From positions 1 through 45,435 of the forward strand of contig JAJYXO010000029.1 in NCBI GenBank assembly GCA_021801765.1: a stretch of DNA of 45,435 nt. The letters run 5' to 3'. Under the pieces are notes generated by a model. The model was not told where the DNA came from. It saw only the letters and a list, made by a program, of their open reading frames with translations, and made no database searches. Position 1 is the first letter of the stretch; every line of letters begins with the position of its first letter. The DNA is from Candidatus Micrarchaeota archaeon (GTDB lineage Archaea > Micrarchaeota > Micrarchaeia > Micrarchaeales > CABMGC01). This document shows positions 17,445 through 25,038 of the stretch, in pieces. Position numbers and translations under genes: made by a program.

Positions 17445-18175
17445 TGCAAACAGGCTATGGCTATCGCAAAAATAAGATATATTCATACATGATATACTCA
17501 CTCTCTGCAGCCTTATTTACTGCCAGCATATTCTCATACTCTGCCTTGCTTGTGTTTTCATCCGCTATACTGCTCTTACTTGCTTCTATATACTACAACA
17601 GCGGCCACATTGTAAATAACCTGCTGTTGCGCAAATCAAAGGTAATAGAAATATACAACGGATACAAGCTCAGCACCGAAGGATTGTCCCTCTGCAAACG
17701 AAATGGCAATGAATTCGTTAGCATTTCAGCTGCAATATTAACTCCGAATAATATATCCAATATAACTCCAGAAGATTATGAATCCGTAATAGAGAGTGTT
17801 CATGAACCATTTGACCTCTCTATTTCAATAGTCGAAGAGGGCAAAAGCCGAATACTTGAAGATCTTAATACAAAACTCAAGATGAAAGAGATAGAGCTTG
17901 CGAAAATCGACCCTGGAAAATATGACAGGATAAACAGCATAAAACGGGATATCACAGTAATAGAGGGCGATATTGAAGATATATCTTCTGGAGGCAAAGC
18001 ACTTTCTATTTATATTATCCTCAAAACACGCGCAACTTCAGCTAATGAGATCGACGCAATAGTGGAATCTGCTAAAAATATCGAACGTTTAGCAGAATCT
18101 TTCGCTGCTTCATGCAGGCTTGAATACAATATACTTAGCGGAGAGCATCTAATCCGCGCATTGGAAAGCTGGTGA
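17441..18175 (+). CDS. P3: 2-TM protein with a soluble coiled-coil domain (candidate VirB3 plus VirB4 N-domain equivalent)
   Basis: ATGA overlap with P2. N-terminal hydrophobic hairpin (IYSLSAALFTASIFSYSALLVFSSAILLLLASIYY). Soluble part has the pattern ...KSRILEDLNTKLKMKEIEL...GGKALSIYIILKTRA..EIDAIVESAKNIERL. Confidence 0.5.
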   Translation: MMQTGYGYRKNKIYSYMIYSLSAALFTASIFSYSALLVFSSAILLLLASIYYNSGHIVNNLLLRKSKVIEIYNGYKLSTEGLSLCKRNGNEFVSISAAILTPNNISNITPEDYESVIESVHEPFDLSISIVEEGKSRILEDLNTKLKMKEIELAKIDPGKYDRINSIKRDITVIEGDIEDISSGGKALSIYIILKTRATSANEIDAIVESAKNIERLAESFAASCRLEYNILSGEHLIRALESW

Positions 18176-18176
18176 T

Positions 18177-19259
18177 ATGCTTCAATACGATGGGTTTCTA
18201 TCCGGCTCTAGGAGGATATCTAGATTGATCTGCATGCCTACATTTGCAAAGCCTGAAACAGGAAAAAATGAAAGAAGTTCCGCTGATAAGATATATCTTG
18301 GCAAGACCTCTATCCTTTCCATCCCGTTCTTCCTTGACTTCGATTCTACATTCAATCCTCATGTATTGATAGCAGGAACAAGCGGCAGCGGAAAAACCTT
18401 CACAATTAAAAGCATTATGGCAAAATTAGGGCTAATCTGCAACTCCTCTATTATTTCATTAGATTTTACCGGGGAATATGCAAGCGTTGCAAAACTAATC
18501 TCCGCTTCTAGCAAAATAGAGGATTGCATAGATGGCTCAGTGTATATAAACCTGAAGAGTTTGCCTGATATGAAAATTGCAGAGGAGATAAATAGTGTAT
18601 TGGCAGAGCTTACTTCAATAATGAAAAGCAGGCGGCAACCTGCAAATAGGATATTTATAATTATAGACGAGGCCTGGAAATCAATCAGCGATAGCCCTTT
18701 CTTATCAAGCATAATACGCGAAGGCAGAAAATACAATATATGCATGATATTAGCCTCGCAACTTGTAAATGACATAAAGCCGCAAATGATTGCAAACATA
18801 TCCACTACATTGGCATTTAGATTGCAGGATAAGTTGGGGATACAGTGCCTCATCAAAAACTACGGATTAAAAGATGAAGCGTATACAACCTTTGGTTCGC
18901 TTCAGATAGGGAGCTGTATTGCAATACAGGCGCTTAAATCGGGCAGATGCCGCAGCCTGCTTATAGACAAAGTTGCTGGCGCTAGAGTTGATGGGTCCGC
19001 CAAATTGAAAATAGGTGAAAATGTGGTAGAAATAAAACTAGATGATCTCGAACGTATCATACGCATGATTTCAAAAACCGATCCTTCAGTATTTATCCAG
19101 AAAATTGAATCTGACGGGAGCATAACAACTGCTGAGCTTATAAATCAAATGCTCAAGTTAGGGGCAGAAAGACGAAAAATATTATCTGAATTAAGAAAAC
19201 TTAAAATCACTGACAATGAGCTATCTGACGCATTTGCATCTTCCGAGGCGCTTAAATGA
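18177..19259 (+). CDS. P4: HerA/FtsK/VirB4-clade (DUF87-type) P-loop ATPase with C-terminal wHTH-like tail
   Basis: Walker A HVLIAGTSGSGKTF, Walker B RIFIIIDEAWK, and REGRKYNICMILASQ (the RKYG-type motif of HerA-like ATPases). Confidence 0.75.
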   Translation: MLQYDGFLSGSRRISRLICMPTFAKPETGKNERSSADKIYLGKTSILSIPFFLDFDSTFNPHVLIAGTSGSGKTFTIKSIMAKLGLICNSSIISLDFTGEYASVAKLISASSKIEDCIDGSVYINLKSLPDMKIAEEINSVLAELTSIMKSRRQPANRIFIIIDEAWKSISDSPFLSSIIREGRKYNICMILASQLVNDIKPQMIANISTTLAFRLQDKLGIQCLIKNYGLKDEAYTTFGSLQIGSCIAIQALKSGRCRSLLIDKVAGARVDGSAKLKIGENVVEIKLDDLERIIRMISKTDPSVFIQKIESDGSITTAELINQMLKLGAERRKILSELRKLKITDNELSDAFASSEALK

Positions 19260-19924
19260 GGAAAAAAGGCTATTTGATAAGCAGGATAAGCATGAAGGCG
19301 AGGCTGCTAGGAAACCTAAAGAATGTAGAATCGCTAATCAACCAATACCCATACAATGAGAAAATCTCAGGCGGCAGCAGCCTCAAATACTTAATACGCG
19401 AAGATGAAAAAGCCAGCGAGCGCTTTTACATTATCGACTTTGGAAAAAGCTTCATAAATTTCTCTACATTTTCATCTACTTCGCCTCTAAACTGCATAGA
19501 AGAATCCCTTGCGAGGCTGCTAACTATTATCTCAACTCTCGGAGACAATTACGAAGTAGAGGTAAAAAACCTATTTCCATATTTGATATATGCATTAATG
19601 CGGCAGCGTCTCGTGTATTATATGGAAAATTTAAAAGAGCCAAATGATAACTCTGTCGACTTAATGCTTGCCCGTCGCATAAAACGCTTGCTCATTGAAA
19701 ACAATAAACTTAAATCTGAGCTTTCCGAGGCAAATGGAAAGCTAATGCGCATATTGACGAACCTCATAATTGCAAAATATCCTAACAACGCGAGCTTGCT
19801 TGAAATTGCAGAAAACAATGGGCTCAGCAAAAATGATGTAAATGAAGCCCTTTCCAAATTGCGGAAAAATGGTTATTTTGTAAGGCAAACTTTAGGCGGA
19901 AGATTTAGCGTGGTGAAACTATGA
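19256..19924 (+). CDS. P5: coiled-coil protein with C-terminal winged-helix domain
   Basis: 4-nt overlap with P4. C-terminus is ASLLEIAENNGLSKNDVNEALSKLRKNGYFVRQTLGGRFSVVKL. Confidence 0.55.
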   Translation: MRKKGYLISRISMKARLLGNLKNVESLINQYPYNEKISGGSSLKYLIREDEKASERFYIIDFGKSFINFSTFSSTSPLNCIEESLARLLTIISTLGDNYEVEVKNLFPYLIYALMRQRLVYYMENLKEPNDNSVDLMLARRIKRLLIENNKLKSELSEANGKLMRILTNLIIAKYPNNASLLEIAENNGLSKNDVNEALSKLRKNGYFVRQTLGGRFSVVKL

Positions 19925-20400
19925 TTTTCGATTATTTAATGCGACTGTTCCCAATAGCAATCGGCGCATTTGCGGCCTATATGCTGACAAAAATAAATAT
20001 ATCCAGCAGAAAAGTGAGTATACTTCCAGGCACAAGCCCTTCTTCCTGTTCTGCCGAAGAGATTAGATTTGATTCAATTGACCGTAAACTGCTCCTTAGG
20101 AAATATTCTTTGGATGAACTTATAATAAATGGAAAATTCGAAACATTAAAGCCAAACATCGAATTCCTTGCGTTCTATAAGTTAGGGCTCATTGATGCAA
20201 CAAACTACAGCCCCCACCGCCGTTACATTTTCAAAAAAATAAAAAGAATCAAGATTTTCCTTATACGGAAAGAAGAGCTGTCAAACACAATGGCCTTCGG
20301 GTCTCTGTCTGGGATAATTATGGCTTATATGCTCGGGTACAAGTTAGATCTTGTATGCTCCAGTGATGCGGCAAGCCTATCTGAGATGATAAGGTGGTAG
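19921..20400 (+). CDS. P6: small membrane protein with two TM segments (N- and C-terminal)
   Basis: LMRLFPIAIGAFAAYMLTKI and MAFGSLSGIIMAYMLGY. Overlaps P5 by 4 nt and P7 by 7 nt. Confidence 0.5.
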   Translation: MIFDYLMRLFPIAIGAFAAYMLTKINISSRKVSILPGTSPSSCSAEEIRFDSIDRKLLLRKYSLDELIINGKFETLKPNIEFLAFYKLGLIDATNYSPHRRYIFKKIKRIKIFLIRKEELSNTMAFGSLSGIIMAYMLGYKLDLVCSSDAASLSEMIRW

Positions 20401-22571
20401 CAATAAAAGTATTTAGAGTCGATTCGATACCTTCAAATATAAATTATAAGTTACTAATCAACTCTGCGCTTAATGAACAGTTCATGATATATCATGATTT
20501 ATCTGAATCTGAAACATTGATGCTTGCAACCAGCGAACTCGTAGCATCATTGCACAATTCTATCCCTGGTTTGTCCGTATCTGAGAAATACAAATCATTC
20601 AATCTTAGTTCCATGCGCTATTTGTCTATATACACTAAAAATAACCAGCAACCTCTATGGGATATATACAATATCCTAAAAGGCCATAGCTCTGGGCTGT
20701 TTGTATCTTTCTGCCCGTCAAATTACAAGCATGTAAAGAAAACTAAAGACCGCATAGCTGACTTTATGAGCAGGGAGGAGATACGTGTCACAAAAAGTAT
20801 TATCCCATTAGACAAAAGATCATCAGGGTCAATACAATCTGACTTGTACTATGGTTATGACAGCCGGATGGCTAATACTTCATTGTTGGAAATGCTCTCC
20901 GAATCTCTTTTCCTAAATGGCACATCCTACAAAGTTGCGATGATAATCGAAAGCTATTTAGATGAGCACCTATTTACCTATTTGAAATCCAAATTAAAGG
21001 TAATATATCAATGTGAGATTCACCCTATGTGGATTGAAAAATTATGGAAAATCGCAATTGATAAAGATGCAATACCCTTTTCTCAGGAGGCCTCCTCTTC
21101 TCTTCTCTCGTTTTCTGAAAGCACAATCAAGGAACTAGTGATAAATTCCCCTGCCAAAATTTCTAAGGCTGGAATTTTTATAGGGACTAGGATGCTTGGA
21201 GGAGTAAGTGAGACCAATGATAAGATTTGCATACCAATTCCAACCTTAAACTTAGGTGTAATAATAACCGGAGTCCCTGGGACTGGGAAGACCTTCGCAG
21301 CCATGAATATAGTAGAGCAGGTTTTACGTGCAGGCATGCGTAATATTGCAGTTATATCTCCAACTTCGGAATGGGGCAATATTGCATCAGAATGCGGTAT
21401 GAACCTTGTACGCATATCTGATCCAGCCTTGAGCCTGAACCTTTTCGGATGCAGCGACGCAAACGTATCCAGGTTCTATGAAAACCTTGCCATGCTAATT
21501 GCAAACTCCTGCAACGCAGGCCCTTATACAAACCCACTGGAAAAGTGCCTCTTGTCTGCCTTCCATAAATGTTACTCCGAAGCACTGGATCCCGATCCAA
21601 CTGAACTTTACGAGCAGATAGAGGAGGCAATTATAGAGCAACATGGGAAACGCAGCAATGCAGGTGTAAAATATACTAAGCATGGAGAGAACATACGCTC
21701 TGCGCTTGAAAGCATAAGGCTATTAATAATGAAGCGTCAATTCGCATACAATGGTGGAACTAAGATCAAAGATCTGCTTAAAAACGGAGTAATATTCGAT
21801 CTTTCTGGAGCCAGCAACAGCACCAAACCGCTTTTTTATTCGCTGATACTAAACCAAATATACTCTTACGCTGAACAGTTTGACGAGCTTGGGGACGGGG
21901 CTCTAAGAATGCTGATATGTGCGGAGGAAGCGCATCTTGTTTTTGGCAAAGCTAAAAAATCCGCGCCTTCTGTGGACCTTGGCCAGAGGATGCAAGATTT
22001 CAGGAAAAGAGGGATATGCATGATGCTAGTAACCCATAATGTGACTGACATAGATGATACACTCAGGAGATTATGTCAGATTAAAATGTATTTTAGGCAA
22101 AACTCCGATATTGCTAAGTACGCTGCAAACGATCTAATATTTTCAGAAAAGGACTTTACGGAAGTTGCTGATAAGCTCAAAACCCTAGGGCAGAGGATAT
22201 GCGCATTAAATCATATAAACCAAATTGGAACATCTAAAAACCCGACATCATCAATTTTTATGAAAGCTTCAGAACAGAATCATACACAGGCGCCAATGCC
22301 TTCTCTAGCAAACAACGAATCAAGAAATAAGACAACTATTGTTTCATTGTTTAAGGCAGACGGATCACCTGCAGCCTGCTTCAAAGCGGAGGTACGTTAT
22401 GTTCATGAAGTATTATTTTCAGGGTACACGGATGAAGCTGGTCATATAAAGTCAAATGCCATATTGGATGGGAAAAAATGCGAACTAATTATTTATGGTG
22501 AGAAAAGAAAGGATAATCGGCTATTTTACATAATCGGAGGGGAAGAATCCATAATAAAACTTAACTGCTGA
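20394..22571 (+). CDS. P7: large HerA/VirB4/VirD4-clade P-loop ATPase with C-terminal beta-sandwich-like domain
   Basis: Walker A LGVIITGVPGTGKTF, Walker B LRMLICAEEAHL, and FRKRGICMMLVTHN. C-terminal about 90 aa (IVSLFKADGSPAACFKAEV...YTDEAGHIKSNAILDGKKCELIIYGEK) resembles a CarboxypepD_reg/PEGA pattern. GTG start. Confidence 0.75.
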   Translation: MVAIKVFRVDSIPSNINYKLLINSALNEQFMIYHDLSESETLMLATSELVASLHNSIPGLSVSEKYKSFNLSSMRYLSIYTKNNQQPLWDIYNILKGHSSGLFVSFCPSNYKHVKKTKDRIADFMSREEIRVTKSIIPLDKRSSGSIQSDLYYGYDSRMANTSLLEMLSESLFLNGTSYKVAMIIESYLDEHLFTYLKSKLKVIYQCEIHPMWIEKLWKIAIDKDAIPFSQEASSSLLSFSESTIKELVINSPAKISKAGIFIGTRMLGGVSETNDKICIPIPTLNLGVIITGVPGTGKTFAAMNIVEQVLRAGMRNIAVISPTSEWGNIASECGMNLVRISDPALSLNLFGCSDANVSRFYENLAMLIANSCNAGPYTNPLEKCLLSAFHKCYSEALDPDPTELYEQIEEAIIEQHGKRSNAGVKYTKHGENIRSALESIRLLIMKRQFAYNGGTKIKDLLKNGVIFDLSGASNSTKPLFYSLILNQIYSYAEQFDELGDGALRMLICAEEAHLVFGKAKKSAPSVDLGQRMQDFRKRGICMMLVTHNVTDIDDTLRRLCQIKMYFRQNSDIAKYAANDLIFSEKDFTEVADKLKTLGQRICALNHINQIGTSKNPTSSIFMKASEQNHTQAPMPSLANNESRNKTTIVSLFKADGSPAACFKAEVRYVHEVLFSGYTDEAGHIKSNAILDGKKCELIIYGEKRKDNRLFYIIGGEESIIKLNC

Positions 22572-22574
22572 AAA

Positions 22575-23909
22575 TCATATAAGCCCTAACCCGTTCTCAA
22601 AGTCATCTTTGCGGAACTCTGCCCCAAGCTGCTTCGTTATTGTAATTGCATCTTCCAAAGCACTCTCCAAGCATGAGCTAGCTCCTGGAGACGGAGTTAT
22701 GTTGAATATCGCCCCATCTTCAACTATCTTTCCAGCTCCAAGTATCAATGATTTCTTATCTTCATCTATTATCTGCGGCCTTATGCCGCCTACGCCATTT
22801 GCAAATTTCAGATCGCCATGCTTTATTGAAGGCACTATCTTTGCAGCCTCGTTCTTAAGGAATGAGTGCTTACCGAAGAAAGGAATATCATAAATGGCAT
22901 TTCTGCCGAGGATTCTGCGTATATCTTTGTCTGAAAAGATATTCCAAAGGCTCTCGAGCGTTTTAATGTCAAAATCAAAAGTCCTTAGATAATCCAATAT
23001 AGTATCACTATGTCTGCGCTCAAGCTGTATCCCTACCGTGACTGTAGGCCCGAATCTTGTTATGTTAGGGTTGGTAATATCCGGATCTCCATGTACGGCT
23101 GCAAATGGTATCCCGCCTATCTGCACCCTGTAGACTTTCCCATTCAGCACCTTTGGAGTATAATAAAAATTTCCGCCAATCGATAGCACCGATAGGTTCC
23201 TATCATATCCAAGTGATTTTGCAAAAAAGAGGCTATATGCGCCAGTGGCGAAGACTACGAACCTTGTCTTGTAACTCTCATTTCCAGACCATAGCACATA
23301 TAATTCCCCTCTCCTTTCAACTGAATCTATCTTCACCCCTTTAAGTACATCCGCCCTCCCATTGCTGCCGCCTACCGCTCCGTTTGCAAATGATGTAGCA
23401 AGCTTTCCGAAATCTACCATGTATCCTTTATCTGAGAGAAGGGCTGCAAGTTTATCACCTGTCTTCCTACCTTTTACTACGTTTGGCTCAATCTTTCCTA
23501 CTCCCTCGCTGTCTATCCTTATCAACCCAGGGAAGAGTTCCTTCAGCCACTTGCTGTACATCTTGTCTATGAGTTCTACCTCATCTTCTCCCACTGCGAG
23601 TACCATCTTCTGACAACCGCGTATCATCTCCTCTTTGACGGCCTTCGGCAGCGCTTCTGTGTAGCGCAAAAGCCTCTCCGCTGCCTTCTTTGTCTTTTTG
23701 GCATGCTCTTCTGAATAGTTAGTTTCTATGTCTCCAAAATGCAATGTTTGAGAGTTATTGCTGCTGTTTGAGTTGAGCAGCGCGAAATCGTCGTATTTCT
23801 CAACAAGCAGTATCTTCCTTATGTCTGTATATCTGCTTAGAACATAGAGCAAAGAGGTCCCCGTGACGCCCCCGCCTACTATAATTACATCGTACTCATG
23901 TGTCAACAA
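22575..23909 (-). CDS. Malate:quinone oxidoreductase-family FAD-dependent oxidoreductase
   Basis: YDVIIVGGGVTGTSLLYVL (FAD Rossmann fold) followed by LNSNSSNNSQTLHFGDIETNYS. This parallels the Mqo motif ESSN.WNNAGTGH...ELNYT. Confidence 0.7.
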   Translation of the reverse strand: MLTHEYDVIIVGGGVTGTSLLYVLSRYTDIRKILLVEKYDDFALLNSNSSNNSQTLHFGDIETNYSEEHAKKTKKAAERLLRYTEALPKAVKEEMIRGCQKMVLAVGEDEVELIDKMYSKWLKELFPGLIRIDSEGVGKIEPNVVKGRKTGDKLAALLSDKGYMVDFGKLATSFANGAVGGSNGRADVLKGVKIDSVERRGELYVLWSGNESYKTRFVVFATGAYSLFFAKSLGYDRNLSVLSIGGNFYYTPKVLNGKVYRVQIGGIPFAAVHGDPDITNPNITRFGPTVTVGIQLERRHSDTILDYLRTFDFDIKTLESLWNIFSDKDIRRILGRNAIYDIPFFGKHSFLKNEAAKIVPSIKHGDLKFANGVGGIRPQIIDEDKKSLILGAGKIVEDGAIFNITPSPGASSCLESALEDAITITKQLGAEFRKDDFENGLGLI

Positions 23910-23976
23910 ATAACCTTTAACTTATTCAATGATTAATATTCAAAAAGAGGGTTTTTATTACGGACATGCGGCCCAC

Positions 23977-25038
23977 TTAACGCGCGCTTGGCATCTTCGA
24001 CATAGCGGGATCATCATTCGCTATTCTAACTGCTATCGCCTTTCCGACCTCTGAGCACCGCGATTCTCCGCCTATATCATAAGTCCTGTATCCATCACCT
24101 ATGGCTCCCTCTACCGCTGCAAGCATCGCCTTCCCAGCCTCATCATATCCCATCCACTCGTACATCATCTTCAGCGAAAGTATGCTTGCTATGGGATTCA
24201 TCTTATTCATGCCAGTATACTTAGGCGCAGATCCATGCACAGGTTCGAACATTGCATATCCCTCTCCTATATTTGCCGAGGGTCCTACGCCTACGCCACC
24301 TACTATCTCAGCAGCCTCGTCAGAGAGTATATCTCCAAAAAGATTCTCCGTAACGATCACGTCGTAATTTACAGGGCTCTTTATTAGCCACTGTGCCATC
24401 GCATCTACATGTGCATCATCAACCTTTACCATTCTGTACTTCTTATCAGTTGCCTCCTCCATTATGGACTCCTTGAAGAGGCCGTCTGTTTCCTTAAGTA
24501 TGTTTCCCTTGTGCACTATTGTAAGGTGCTTCTTTCTCCTTGCCGCCATATCAAGCGCAAACCTACCTACCTTTCTACTAGCCTCCCTTGTTACCAACCT
24601 CATGCCAATTGCAGTATCGTCATTCACTCTAACATCGAATCCAGAATACATTCCCTCTGTATTTTCCCTTACTATGACCATATCCACCTGATCCTTGATT
24701 CCCTTAACCCCTGCGAGGCTCTTTGCAGGCCTTACGTTGGCATATAGCTTAAATGCCTTCCTTATCTTCACAGCCGCGCTTGTCTCAGATCCCTGGCCCT
24801 CCGGGGTAGTCATCGGCCCCTTTATTACGCAGTCGCTCTTTTTCAAAAGCCTCAAAGTGGCATCAGGTAGGTTTGTTCCGAGTCTCCTTATACAATTGTA
24901 TCCTGCTTTTCCCTCAGTAAACCTCATAGTTATTCCAAATCTCCTATTCACTGCCTTTGCAACAATTAGTGCCGCACCTATTACCTCGGGGCCTGTTCCA
25001 TCCCCTCGCAATACAGCTACAGACCATCTATCTTTCAT
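23977..25038 (-). CDS. Isocitrate/isopropylmalate dehydrogenase-family enzyme (probable isocitrate dehydrogenase, from context)
   Basis: VAVLRGDGTGPEV, VRENTEG.Y, NLFGDILSDEAA, GSAP. The 4-nt overlap with aconitase suggests co-transcription. Substrate cannot be fixed by eye. Confidence 0.75.
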   Translation of the reverse strand: MKDRWSVAVLRGDGTGPEVIGAALIVAKAVNRRFGITMRFTEGKAGYNCIRRLGTNLPDATLRLLKKSDCVIKGPMTTPEGQGSETSAAVKIRKAFKLYANVRPAKSLAGVKGIKDQVDMVIVRENTEGMYSGFDVRVNDDTAIGMRLVTREASRKVGRFALDMAARRKKHLTIVHKGNILKETDGLFKESIMEEATDKKYRMVKVDDAHVDAMAQWLIKSPVNYDVIVTENLFGDILSDEAAEIVGGVGVGPSANIGEGYAMFEPVHGSAPKYTGMNKMNPIASILSLKMMYEWMGYDEAGKAMLAAVEGAIGDGYRTYDIGGESRCSEVGKAIAVRIANDDPAMSKMPSAR

